The position numbers and the translations under genes are program-made. Of a stretch of 64,000 bases of DNA, positions 20,313 to 30,233 are shown piece by piece. The DNA is from Candidatus Omnitrophica bacterium UBA6253 (lineage in GTDB: Bacteria; Omnitrophota; Gorgyraeia; Gygaellales; Profunditerraquicolaceae): NCBI GenBank assembly GCA_002441245.1, contig DJVP01000008.1, forward strand, positions 170,540-234,539, in the 5' to 3' direction. The stretch's first letter is position 1; each line of letters begins with the position of its first letter. Below the pieces are notes generated by a model. It did not search any database, had not been told where the DNA came from, and was given only the letters and a program-made list of their open reading frames with translations.

Positions 20313-21362
20313 ATGCAGAATAACCTGAACGATAATAATTTACCGGCTTTTTGCCTTTTGGTAGTATCAAAGAATTGTAACTTTCATTGTAAGATGTGTA
20401 ATATGTGGAAAAACAAGAATCGCCAGATAGATAGAAAAGAACTCACAATAGAAGAGATAAAGGGGTTTGTCGATGACCTTAAGAATGTGACTACTGAACC
20501 AATTTTTATACACCTTATTGGCGGAGAGGCGCTGCTGCGCCCTGATCTTACAGAGATTATTGCCTATATCCGCGAACAAGGGTTTAACAGTTCGATTACC
20601 ACTAATGGGTATTATATTGATGAAGGGATGGCTAAAAAGCTGGTTAACTCCCGGCTTACCGGAATTTTTATTTCACTAGATGGATTTAAAGAGGAGACTC
20701 ACGATTATTTACGCGGGGTAAAAGGAAGCTATCAGCATGTCATGGATGCAATAGAGTTCTTGGATAAGCACCGTGGCGCTGATAAGAAAAACAGACTGAG
20801 TATCGGCATTACCATGACTATGATGGAAAAAAACCTGGATGAAATTATAGATCTTGTGGAATGGGCCAATACCAATGAAAAGCTCAATGATGTATTTTTA
20901 AATGCCTGCCTTCAGCCATTTGATTGCGATGATCAGAAAAGAGAATGGTTTAAGGAAAGCAGACACAGTGAGGTATGGCCGCAGGACCCTGGCAAGATTA
21001 AAAACATCCTTGAAAAGCTGGCGGTACTTAAAGAAAAAGGCTATAAAATTTGTAATCCTCCGGAACAATTACGCTTAATAAAAGAATATTTTACTAATCC
21101 TTACCGTTTTATCCATGATCAAAAAGTAAAATGTCCCCGCGGAGACCTGGCGCCTGAAGTAAATGCCTATGGCGATATTAATATGTGTTTCTGCATGGAG
21201 CCGGTAGGCAATATCCGTAAAAACAAATTCTCCGAAGTTTGGTTTTCGGAAGGCATGATTAGAGCGCGGCAGGAAATTAAGAAATGTAAGAAAGACTGCG
21301 ATATAGTCGTTAATTGTTTTTATAAAATAGAAAATATTATAGATCCAGTAAAATCAGAATAA
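20313..21362 (+). CDS. radical SAM/SPASM-type protein, tandem paralog 6
   Basis: CNFHCKMCNMW, IGGEALL, DCDIVVNCFY. Confidence 0.85.
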   Translation: MQNNLNDNNLPAFCLLVVSKNCNFHCKMCNMWKNKNRQIDRKELTIEEIKGFVDDLKNVTTEPIFIHLIGGEALLRPDLTEIIAYIREQGFNSSITTNGYYIDEGMAKKLVNSRLTGIFISLDGFKEETHDYLRGVKGSYQHVMDAIEFLDKHRGADKKNRLSIGITMTMMEKNLDEIIDLVEWANTNEKLNDVFLNACLQPFDCDDQKREWFKESRHSEVWPQDPGKIKNILEKLAVLKEKGYKICNPPEQLRLIKEYFTNPYRFIHDQKVKCPRGDLAPEVNAYGDINMCFCMEPVGNIRKNKFSEVWFSEGMIRARQEIKKCKKDCDIVVNCFYKIENIIDPVKSE

Positions 21363-23017
21363 TGAAAATAAAGCTTATTCGTTTACCAACTTTCTTCCAG
21401 AGCTGGGATATCAATTCATCAGAGCTCAATTCAAGCCTTCTGCCTCCCCTGGGTCCGGCCCTGATCACTGGATATTTATCGAGACGCGGGTTTGAAATCG
21501 AACAGGATGATTTGAATATCAGGATATTCTTCGAACACCGCTATAATGGTTTTTTATTTGACCAGAAACCGTTTTTTGACCAGGCTCGGATAGTTGATTA
21601 CTGTAAGGGCAAGCAGTTTGATCCCGGCCTTGATGCTATTTTCCAGCAACTTGAGGAAAAATGCCCGGTAAAAGGTTATGAAGTTATTCTTTTATCAATA
21701 CAGGAAAGCCTGCGGAATAGATCTAATGTGCTTTTTGCCTGTGCCTACGCGCAATACCTTAAAACTAAATATCAGCCGTTTATTATGCTAGGCGGTTTTG
21801 GGGTAGCAGTGAGGCTGATGTATTTAGAGTATGATTTTCCCTGCATAGACTTTTATGTAATAGGGGCAGGAGAAAAATTACTGGAGACTGTTCTGAAGGC
21901 AAAAAAAGAAGGGCGCTTACTTTTATCGCTTGACGGTGTTTACTATGAACGTAATAACCGGGTCTTAAGCTCCGATTACCGAAAAATAGAAAAACCGGTC
22001 TTTGCCGGTTTGCCTATTGAATATTACCGTTATCGCGGGATATACTCTGAATATTGTTCTGATGTAAAGGATATCATTGATGAATTTCATCATTCGCAAA
22101 CATTAGTGATGCCATTCAGCCTTATCAAGGGCTGTCCCCATAAATGCATTTTTTGTTCAGAGTCAAATGGTAAGCTTGATTTTATTATGGATCATGATGA
22201 GGCTGCGGTCGCTTTGAATGAATTGCAAAAGGCATATAACCCCGCTGGATATTTCTTTCTTGACAATGAAATTAATGTTAACCAGAAATACGCGCTTAAC
22301 TTGTGTAATTCGATTATAAATAAGGGGCTTAAGATCCAATGGAGTGATTGCGCCAGGGCAGATTTTACTACCAAGGATATTTTGTCCAAAATGAAAGAAT
22401 CGGGGTGTATTAGGCTTATCTTTGGCATTGAGACGGGGAGTAGAAAATTACTTGAATATGTTAAAAAAGGAGTTTCTTTGGAGCAGCTGGAGTCTGCTAT
22501 CCGTTGGGCAAATGAATTAGGGATTTGGACCGGAATAGAAATAATATGCGGACTTCCGCATGAGTCAGATCAGGATATCCGGGAAACGACTGATTTTCTA
22601 AAGCGCAATAAAGATTATATCAACCGGTTTTATTACAATACATTTGACCTGCGTGGTGGAAGTCTGTTGTTTCATGAGCCGCGTAAGTATGGGATTGAAA
22701 ATATATTTGATGTCAATGAAGTAGTCTCTTTCGCAGAACGTAAATACAGCAAGAATTTTACGCAGTTTGGGTTTGATGAGATTGGCGGGCTGCGCTGGGA
22801 AGAAAAGAAAAAACAGACCCTTTCCTCTTACGATAAAGTTGTTGGCGCTATGGGAGGGTATGAGGGATTCCCTACTCTTGAAGAGGAACATTTCCTTTTC
22901 TTTCTATATAAGAAGTATGGATATGATCTGGAGAAAATCCAAGTGATATTTCGCAGGGTAGCTCAGGAAAAAGGTAAATACAGGGATAGCTTGCGTAGGA
23001 CAGGAGCTTTGATATAG
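21362..23017 (+). CDS. class B (B12-binding-like N-terminal domain) radical SAM protein
   Basis: 551 aa. The N-terminus has a PPLGPALITGYL...EIEQDD Rossmann-like pattern. rSAM motif IKGCPHKCIFCSES. Confidence 0.7.
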   Translation: MKIKLIRLPTFFQSWDINSSELNSSLLPPLGPALITGYLSRRGFEIEQDDLNIRIFFEHRYNGFLFDQKPFFDQARIVDYCKGKQFDPGLDAIFQQLEEKCPVKGYEVILLSIQESLRNRSNVLFACAYAQYLKTKYQPFIMLGGFGVAVRLMYLEYDFPCIDFYVIGAGEKLLETVLKAKKEGRLLLSLDGVYYERNNRVLSSDYRKIEKPVFAGLPIEYYRYRGIYSEYCSDVKDIIDEFHHSQTLVMPFSLIKGCPHKCIFCSESNGKLDFIMDHDEAAVALNELQKAYNPAGYFFLDNEINVNQKYALNLCNSIINKGLKIQWSDCARADFTTKDILSKMKESGCIRLIFGIETGSRKLLEYVKKGVSLEQLESAIRWANELGIWTGIEIICGLPHESDQDIRETTDFLKRNKDYINRFYYNTFDLRGGSLLFHEPRKYGIENIFDVNEVVSFAERKYSKNFTQFGFDEIGGLRWEEKKKQTLSSYDKVVGAMGGYEGFPTLEEEHFLFFLYKKYGYDLEKIQVIFRRVAQEKGKYRDSLRRTGALI

Positions 23018-23020
23018 CCG

Positions 23021-23992
23021 ATGGGTAAGGATAAGATGGAACTAAGTTTAAGCCTTAATAATACCTGTAATCTTCGCTGCCGGATGTGCCGGATATGGAA
23101 TTCCGGGGAAGAAGAAAATAAATTAACCCTTGAAAAATGCCAGGGCGTTATTGATGAATTAGGGGCATTTGAAGTCAAGGGGGTGCGGCTTAGCGGTGGA
23201 GATCCGCTTTTGGTGCCCTGGGTTTTGGATTTGGCGGGCTATATCAATAAGAAAAAATACCATAGTTGTGCTACGACTAACGGTTCTATGATCAATGAGG
23301 CATATGCCTTGAAAATTGTTTCTTCGGGGCTCTCTAATTTGAATATTTCTTTGGATTCATACACACCCGGTATACATGATACAATACGCGGTTTGCCGGG
23401 CGGCAGGGACCGGATTATGGATGCAATTGGCCACATAGCTAAGAAAGGGTCCGGCCCCGAGATAGGCATTAATACCGTTATCTCAAATTTTAATCTCGAT
23501 GACCTGCTTATTTTGGCGGATGCCATTCAAGATGATAAAAGAATAAATCATCTTTATTTTATGGCGATCATGCAGCCTTTTAATACCCCGCCAGATAAAG
23601 GGTGGTTTTTGAAAGAAGATTTTCGCGGCCTCTGGCCGGAAGATAAAGATAAGGTTAGATACGTAATCAATGAATTAATTGCCCGCAAGAAGTCAGGCTA
23701 TAAAATAAATAACAGTTTTGCGCAATTGCGGGCATTCGTTGACTATTTTCTTGACCCGCTTCACTTTGCCAGGAAAAATACCTGTAATCTCGGCAAGGAA
23801 GTTATGGAGGTCAATCAAATGGGGGATGTTTTTTTGTGCCATTTATACGAAAGCATAGGTAATGTTTTTCAAGATTCACTGTCAAATATCTGGGGCTCAG
23901 AAAAAGCGCGCCTGGTGAGGGACAAAATAAACCGCTGTAGCCAGAACTGCAATCTTTTGATCAATTGTTATTTTGAGGAGGAAGATGTATAG
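23021..23992 (+). CDS. radical SAM/SPASM-type protein, tandem paralog 7
   Basis: CNLRCRMCRIW, SGGDPLL, NCNLLINCYF. Confidence 0.85.
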   Translation: MGKDKMELSLSLNNTCNLRCRMCRIWNSGEEENKLTLEKCQGVIDELGAFEVKGVRLSGGDPLLVPWVLDLAGYINKKKYHSCATTNGSMINEAYALKIVSSGLSNLNISLDSYTPGIHDTIRGLPGGRDRIMDAIGHIAKKGSGPEIGINTVISNFNLDDLLILADAIQDDKRINHLYFMAIMQPFNTPPDKGWFLKEDFRGLWPEDKDKVRYVINELIARKKSGYKINNSFAQLRAFVDYFLDPLHFARKNTCNLGKEVMEVNQMGDVFLCHLYESIGNVFQDSLSNIWGSEKARLVRDKINRCSQNCNLLINCYFEEEDV

Positions 23993-24950
23993 GCCGCGGA
24001 TTTGTTCGATTGAATTGTTCAGGAGATGCTGCCTTCGCTGCCGCATGTGTAATATGTGGAAGGTCAAGGAAGATGATAAGGGCCTTGATAAGGATACGCT
24101 GGAGCATTTAGCTTGCGGGCTTCTCTCAGTTATGAATGGGGAAAAAGAGGTTGTTTTAAGTGGCGGCGAACCATTATTGCATTCAGATATTGTTGAAATT
24201 ATCCGCCAATTCAGCCTTAAGGGTTTTAAGGTGGGGATGGCTTCTAATGGCGTTTTAATTGATCAAGCCAAGGCTGGGGAATTGGCAGGTGCGGGTTTAA
24301 AGAATATCCAGCTTTCATTAGATAGCGTTAATAAGGAAACCCATGATTTCTTAAGGGGGGTGCCCGGCGCATATGAAAAAGTATTGCAGGCAGCTGGATA
24401 CCTGAAAGTCCACAAGGGTAAGGTTTCTGTCTGTGCTCAGACGGTGATCTCAGGAAAGAATTTAGAAGAGCTCGTTGATACTATAGAATTTATTAAGGAT
24501 GATGGCAGGTTTGATGCCATATCATTTATGGCGGTGACCACTCCCTTTTTTGCGACTATCGATAATGACTGGCAGGAGAATAGTGAGTTTTCTTTTTTAT
24601 GGCCGTGCGATTCAAAGCGGGTGGATAAAATTATTGACCAGATTATTGCTTTAAAAGCCAAAGGTTATCCAATCGCAAATCCAGTAGCTCAATTTGAATT
24701 ATTCAGAAGTTATTTTCACCAGCCGCGCAAGCGCAGGCAAATGGCGCGCTGCCAGCTGGGTGATTATGTTGTAAGCATTGACCCGTCTGGTGAAGTAAGG
24801 ATATGTTGTTTTATGGATTCTGTGGGTAATATTTACGTAAACGACATTACTCTTTTACTGGATAACCCGCAAGTAGAGAAAATGCGGCAGGATATGCGTG
24901 CCTGTAGCAAGGTATGCAACACTCTCGTAAACTGTTTTTTTAAAGCATGA
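23985..24950 (+). CDS. radical SAM/SPASM-type protein, tandem paralog 8
   Basis: CLRCRMCNMW, SGGEPLL, VCNTLVNCFF. Start placed at the ATG (MYRPR), which is preceded by SD GAGGAGG; the ORF-track start at 23973 is a TTG. Confidence 0.85.
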   Translation: MYRPRICSIELFRRCCLRCRMCNMWKVKEDDKGLDKDTLEHLACGLLSVMNGEKEVVLSGGEPLLHSDIVEIIRQFSLKGFKVGMASNGVLIDQAKAGELAGAGLKNIQLSLDSVNKETHDFLRGVPGAYEKVLQAAGYLKVHKGKVSVCAQTVISGKNLEELVDTIEFIKDDGRFDAISFMAVTTPFFATIDNDWQENSEFSFLWPCDSKRVDKIIDQIIALKAKGYPIANPVAQFELFRSYFHQPRKRRQMARCQLGDYVVSIDPSGEVRICCFMDSVGNIYVNDITLLLDNPQVEKMRQDMRACSKVCNTLVNCFFKA

Positions 24951-24970
24951 AAATTTAACCGAGAACCTCT

Positions 24971-25966
24971 ATGAATGAAAAAAGCGCCACCATACAGCAT
25001 TGTGATCTTATTGTCACAGAAAACTGCTTTTTGCGTTGTAAAATGTGTCACATCTGGAAACATAGAAAAGATGATGAGACCATCCCTTTTAAAACATATA
25101 TTGAATTCTTAAGCGCACTTAAGGAGCTTTCGGGTAAAAATACGCAAATTCAGTTTGTCGGCGGAGAACCACTGCTTAAAAAGGGGATACTGGATTTAAT
25201 CAGTTGTGCCAGTAGCCATGGATTTCCTACTACCATGACCACTAATGGATGTTTAATCGACCGTGAGATGGCTGATGGGATAATTGCTTCAGGTCTTAAT
25301 GCTATTGGTTTTTCGCTGGAAAGCCTGCATGGGCAAAGGCATGATTTCTTAAGGGGTGTGCCCGGTACCTTTAAAAAAGTCATGGATGCAATTAGCTATT
25401 TTCAGGATACATCTGCTCCAAAAGATATTTTTATCAGTACTATAATCAACGGAACAAACCTGGAAGATATTATTGCTATCGCCGAGTGGGTAAATAAAAA
25501 TCCGCGCTTAAGTTTTGTATACTTTCAATCAGTAATGCAGCCGTTCGCTATGGCCGAGGATGATTCCTGGCATCAAAGGGAAGAGGTAAGATTTCTCTGG
25601 CCCGATACAACTGCGGTGCATAAAGTGCTTGATAAGCTGATTGCCCTCCAGAAGCAGGGATATAAAATCGCCAATCCCCCGGGTCAATTCAACGCCTTTA
25701 AGAATTATTTCAGTGATCCCCGGAAGTTCATAAAAAAAATAAAATGCAATCTTGGACATAATGCCTTTAGTGTGTTGCCTAATGGAGATGTGTTTCTTTG
25801 TTTTTCCTTGCCTCCGATAGGAAATATCATGGTTGATAAGATAGGTGCTATTTGGGTTTCAGAAAAGGCCCGCAAGGCAAGGGAACAAATCTCCAGTTGC
25901 CAGAAAAACTGTAAATTGATGATTAATTGTTTTTTTGAAAACGAAGAAAGCAAAATAATTAAATAA
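24971..25966 (+). CDS. radical SAM/SPASM-type protein, tandem paralog 9
   Basis: CFLRCKMCHIW, VGGEPLL, NCKLMINCFF. Confidence 0.85.
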   Translation: MNEKSATIQHCDLIVTENCFLRCKMCHIWKHRKDDETIPFKTYIEFLSALKELSGKNTQIQFVGGEPLLKKGILDLISCASSHGFPTTMTTNGCLIDREMADGIIASGLNAIGFSLESLHGQRHDFLRGVPGTFKKVMDAISYFQDTSAPKDIFISTIINGTNLEDIIAIAEWVNKNPRLSFVYFQSVMQPFAMAEDDSWHQREEVRFLWPDTTAVHKVLDKLIALQKQGYKIANPPGQFNAFKNYFSDPRKFIKKIKCNLGHNAFSVLPNGDVFLCFSLPPIGNIMVDKIGAIWVSEKARKAREQISSCQKNCKLMINCFFENEESKIIK

Positions 25967-25991
25967 ATTAATGTCCGCAGAAGGAATAAAA

Positions 25992-27362
25992 ATGAAAAAC
26001 CTGAGAGCCTTAAAAGAAGCCAAGCCATTTGACCCCAGCTGGCCACGCTACAGCTGTGCCTTAATAAATAGGAGTTGTGTATTACCGTGCAAGATGTGTT
26101 TGAACTGGAAAAACCAGGTGGATGGCCCGGGTGATAAATTTAAATATTTTAAGAAATACATTGAAAGCCTGGCTGATTTTGTAGAGTACCCCATGGAAAT
26201 CAATATTATGGGCGGAGAGCCGCTGATGGAAGATTGGATATTTGATTTAATAGAAGTGATTGAGGAGAGTGGGTTTACGTCTATTATTTCCACAAACGCC
26301 TATTTAATAGATGATAAAAAGGCAAAACAGATTATGAATTCCTCTCTGCGGGTGCTGGGAATTTCGTTGGATAGCATTGATAGTAAAATCCACAATTTCT
26401 ATAGGGGCAAACCGGACGTTACGCAGCATACTTTTGAAGCCCTGCGCCTATTGGAAAAACATAAGCTTTCAAGCAGGGCCCCGGTTGTGGATATCCTTAC
26501 GCTTTTTATGAAGAAAAATCTCGATGGAATAATCGAGCTTGTTAAATGGGTTGATAAAAACAAGTTTGTAAGCAATGTTGCCTTTGCTGCTTTATTAAAT
26601 TCAATTCTTCCTTCCGGGACAGAAAATTGGTTTAATAGGGATGAGTATAAAGATATTTGGCCTGATGATGCTAAAAAAGTACATGAGGTGATAGATGAAG
26701 TGATTAACATGAAGAAGAATGGCAGCCATATTGTTAATCCGGTTTCGCAGCTTGAGGCCTTCAAAGAATATTATAAAAACCCTATAGAATTTATTTATTC
26801 GACGCCATACAGCATAAGGGATTTTGTTATAGAGATGGAGCCTACCGGAGAGCTTTATCTGAGCGGATACCGCTTGGGTAGCATTAATGATCCTGAGACC
26901 TTGAAAGAAAAATGGCATTCAAAGGAAGCGGATAAAATACGGGAGACAGTGGCTAAATATGGTTCAGAGAGTTCCCGCTCGGCATTAATCAATTTTATTT
27001 GTGTTTTTCAGGAAGCCGGCAACTCTGAGTCAGGTTGTTCTACGACTGAGAAAGATTTTGTTGATTATCAAAGCCGCAAGGGTTTTAATTGTCAGAAGCA
27101 GGGTGATTACCGGCAAGCCGTGGAACATTTTAAAAAGGCTTTAGAAAAAAGACCCGATAGTCCTGATTTGCATATAGGAGTTGCATATAACTCTTTAAAA
27201 TTAGAGGACTATAAGACTGCAACGCAGGAATACGAGAAGGCATTTCAGCTAAATCACAAATTTAGAGAAGAGTTTATTTATAATTATAATGATGCGGTTA
27301 GGGGTTTGTCAGAGATGCTGCCTGATAATGGTAAATTGTTCCGCAAAGAGACGGGAAAATAA
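25992..27362 (+). CDS. radical SAM/SPASM-type protein, tandem paralog 10, with C-terminal TPR-like extension
   Basis: CVLPCKMCLNW and MGGEPL. About 110 C-terminal residues are TPR-like (QKQGDYRQAVEHFKKALEKRPDSPDLHIGVAYNSLKLEDYKTATQEYEKAFQLN). Start placed at the ATG after SD AAGGA; an ATG at 25971 is the alternative. Confidence 0.8.
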   Translation: MKNLRALKEAKPFDPSWPRYSCALINRSCVLPCKMCLNWKNQVDGPGDKFKYFKKYIESLADFVEYPMEINIMGGEPLMEDWIFDLIEVIEESGFTSIISTNAYLIDDKKAKQIMNSSLRVLGISLDSIDSKIHNFYRGKPDVTQHTFEALRLLEKHKLSSRAPVVDILTLFMKKNLDGIIELVKWVDKNKFVSNVAFAALLNSILPSGTENWFNRDEYKDIWPDDAKKVHEVIDEVINMKKNGSHIVNPVSQLEAFKEYYKNPIEFIYSTPYSIRDFVIEMEPTGELYLSGYRLGSINDPETLKEKWHSKEADKIRETVAKYGSESSRSALINFICVFQEAGNSESGCSTTEKDFVDYQSRKGFNCQKQGDYRQAVEHFKKALEKRPDSPDLHIGVAYNSLKLEDYKTATQEYEKAFQLNHKFREEFIYNYNDAVRGLSEMLPDNGKLFRKETGK

Positions 27363-27365
27363 ATA

Positions 27366-28340
27366 ATGGATATCAGGAAGCCGGTATTTTGTTCAATAGA
27401 GGTTTTGTATAGTTGCATATTAAAATGTAAGATGTGCCATATGTGGAAGAATACCCGGACTGCCGAGGAGATGTCTATCGCAGATTGGAAAAAATTTATT
27501 GTTGAGCTAAAAGAATTTATCGATACCGCCACCCCTATAAATATAACAGGAGGGGAGCCTTTGCTTAAAGAAGATGTTTTGGATTTAGTGCGCTTTGGCG
27601 TTAAGAGTGGTTTTGGCTCTGTTTCAATGACTACTAATGGTTTCTTAATTGATACGTCTATAGCTTCTGCCATGGCTGATTCAGGATTGAGCATGGTTTC
27701 TATGTCGTTGGATAGCTTAGATCAGGGCGTACATGATAACATCAGAGGTTTAAAAGGTGCCTGTAAGAAGGTAATGGAGGCTTTTGAGTATTTCAGGAAT
27801 TATCCCGGAAACCTTAAAAAATTAGGCGTACAAACCATTATTATGGGGCCTAATCTGGGAGGAATTTTAGATTTGGTCAAATGGGCGCATAACAGAAACA
27901 TATCTATTTATTTTATGGCTATTGCGCAGCCATTATGTTTGAGTTTGCCGGGCAACTGGCATTTAGAATCAGAATATAGTTTTCTCTGGCCAAATGAGAA
28001 AACAAGGTTATTTGAGGTTATAGACACTCTTGTAAAATTTAAAGAGGATGGTGTTGATATTGGTAATTCAGTAGCTCAGCTAAAAGCTTTTAAGACTTAT
28101 TTTACGGACCCCAATGATTTTGTAAAGAAACACAGGCAATGCAGGATGGGAGATGGAATGCTTAAAGTCGATCCTTGGGGTAATGTGTCGCTATGCGCTG
28201 AAAAAGGGGCTATTGGAAATGTACGCGTTGAAAAAATAGGTGATCTCTGGTTTTCTAAAAAAGCGGCTGATATCAGGGAGTCGATTAAAACCTGTAAGAC
28301 AAACTGCCCTCAACTGGTCAATTGTTTCTTTGAAGATTAA
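27366..28340 (+). CDS. radical SAM/SPASM-type protein, tandem paralog 11
   Basis: CILKCKMCHMW, TGGEPLL, NCPQLVNCFF. Confidence 0.85.
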   Translation: MDIRKPVFCSIEVLYSCILKCKMCHMWKNTRTAEEMSIADWKKFIVELKEFIDTATPINITGGEPLLKEDVLDLVRFGVKSGFGSVSMTTNGFLIDTSIASAMADSGLSMVSMSLDSLDQGVHDNIRGLKGACKKVMEAFEYFRNYPGNLKKLGVQTIIMGPNLGGILDLVKWAHNRNISIYFMAIAQPLCLSLPGNWHLESEYSFLWPNEKTRLFEVIDTLVKFKEDGVDIGNSVAQLKAFKTYFTDPNDFVKKHRQCRMGDGMLKVDPWGNVSLCAEKGAIGNVRVEKIGDLWFSKKAADIRESIKTCKTNCPQLVNCFFED

Positions 28341-28362
28341 GCCTCCTACCTATTTTACTGGA

Positions 28363-30171
28363 ATGATTATAAAACTAATTAAAGATAAAATTAAACGGAA
28401 AAATCGGGTTAATTATTCGCAGGATAAAATGCCGGCCCCTAAAGGTTTATTAGGTTTTTTAAAATCCAGGATAAACATTTCCTATCTAACATTATCGCTG
28501 CTTTTTTTATTCCACGCCATAAATAATATCGTGATTATCTCTAAAGATACCACTCCTCTTATTGGCGATTCTTTAGGGCTTTATGTACAAAGTTGTCGTT
28601 ATTCGAGGTTAATCTTGGATGCTATTGGATCTTTTAATCTGCGGAGCATACTGCTTATTCTTAAAAATATGCCGTTAAACGGGCAACTGTTTGGCTTGGT
28701 GGCTGCGCCCTTCTATTTTCTTATAGGAACTCAGCATGATGTCGCAGTCATTTCGAATCAGATTTTTTTTCTGGTATTAATATTGAGCATATTTGGTCTC
28801 GGCAGGGTCTTATTTAACAATACCGTCGGGCTCCTGGCGGCTTTTGTCATTTCTTTTTATCCTTCAGTGTTTGGTTTTTCCAGGATTTACATGCTCACCT
28901 TTCCAATATTGTCCGTGGCAACGCTATGTGTATATTTATTGATTAAATCAGACGGATTTAATGACCGGAAATATTCTATATTTTTAGGTTTAGCTTCTGG
29001 TTTAGGGGTATTATTAAGGCCGCGTTTTCTGATCTACATTTTTATCCCGGTGCTTTTTTATGTTCTTAAGGGTCTGGCATCTTTATATCAACAAAGAATT
29101 AATTTAGTAAAGATTCCAGCAAAACAGGTTATAATTAATATCCTCCTTTCGGTTATTTCTTTCTGGCTTTTTCTTTACCCCTGGGTTTCGCTGGATGGTC
29201 TTATTAGATACTTCAATTATCAGAAGATGTGGTCAACCCTGCCAAGCCTTTCCAAAATTATTCCTACATTTTTATATTATCTTCGAGTACTATTTAGCAT
29301 GCAATTAAATTGGTTTCTTTCTTTTTTATTTTTAATAGGCTTATTAACTGTTCTTTTTTCCCGGAGTAACAAAACGAAGATTTATTTTCTCTTATCCTGG
29401 TTTATAATTTCCTTAATTATTCTTTCCAGTTTTGGGTTAAAGCAGTATGGCCGCCTGATAATTCCTTTATGTACACCTATTGCACTTGTTACCTCCTCGG
29501 GTTTGGAAAAATTAATAAAATTCAAGGTCTATAGGTATATCCTATCAGTATTACTGCTCTTTACTATAGGGCAATATTTTTTCATTTCATATCATCCCCT
29601 GGTAGATAAGCAGCCTTATGCTTCAATGCTTGCGCCAAACAGGAATAGTGTGCGCTCTTATTTTAATGAAATTTTTTTATCTCGGGGATTATTGTGGATG
29701 AACAATGATGATTGGAAAACGGGCCAGATTTTAGCTGAATTGAAAACGCGTAGAAATTTTAACAATAGATTTAAATGGGAACTTATAAATAGTAATATAA
29801 AATATCTCAGGCGGGGCAGGGATTTTTCTCCCGGCAATACTAGTAATATTGTCAGAGTATTATATTTGGGATATTCCGGCTCACCGGTTAATAATGAGAT
29901 TGAAGATAAAATTTATATGCACAATCTTTATCTGACGATGATTAGTTTCCAATCGGATGATTTTGATTTGAAAGGCTTATTTTCTGAGGAGGATATCCAG
30001 CACATAGTATTGGGGGCGGATTATGTTGTTAAGTTTAAAACAGAGTTATTGCCTGGGACAGTCATTTCCAGAGTGATTAAGAAGTTTACTGCGAATATTG
30101 ATAGTTTTGAGAAATTGAAAGTGGTAAGCTTGCCATGGGGAGAATGTGAGATTTACGGGGCTAAAATTTAA
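28363..30171 (+). CDS. GT-C fold membrane glycosyltransferase (GT39/83, ArnT/PMT-like) with C-terminal soluble domain
   Basis: About 12 TM helices in the N-terminal 400 aa, typical of polyprenyl-P-sugar-dependent glycosyltransferases. The C-terminal soluble domain is about 200 aa. Start placed at an internal ATG so the gene does not overlap the upstream gene; MPAPK at 28423 is an alternative. Confidence 0.65.
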   Translation: MIIKLIKDKIKRKNRVNYSQDKMPAPKGLLGFLKSRINISYLTLSLLFLFHAINNIVIISKDTTPLIGDSLGLYVQSCRYSRLILDAIGSFNLRSILLILKNMPLNGQLFGLVAAPFYFLIGTQHDVAVISNQIFFLVLILSIFGLGRVLFNNTVGLLAAFVISFYPSVFGFSRIYMLTFPILSVATLCVYLLIKSDGFNDRKYSIFLGLASGLGVLLRPRFLIYIFIPVLFYVLKGLASLYQQRINLVKIPAKQVIINILLSVISFWLFLYPWVSLDGLIRYFNYQKMWSTLPSLSKIIPTFLYYLRVLFSMQLNWFLSFLFLIGLLTVLFSRSNKTKIYFLLSWFIISLIILSSFGLKQYGRLIIPLCTPIALVTSSGLEKLIKFKVYRYILSVLLLFTIGQYFFISYHPLVDKQPYASMLAPNRNSVRSYFNEIFLSRGLLWMNNDDWKTGQILAELKTRRNFNNRFKWELINSNIKYLRRGRDFSPGNTSNIVRVLYLGYSGSPVNNEIEDKIYMHNLYLTMISFQSDDFDLKGLFSEEDIQHIVLGADYVVKFKTELLPGTVISRVIKKFTANIDSFEKLKVVSLPWGECEIYGAKI

Positions 30172-30233
30172 TAATCTCTTCGCGTTTTGGTATAATTTTA
30201 TCATTTTGATTTATATCGAGGGCAAGTAGGCTA

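Noticed and set aside
28240-28362. ORF-track start of the GT-C gene at 28240, and of the 62913 gene at 62913
   Set aside because: Both extensions overlap the upstream rSAM gene by about 100 nt. Internal ATGs (28363 and 63015) give non-overlapping genes, and for 63015 there is an SD-like AGGGG.
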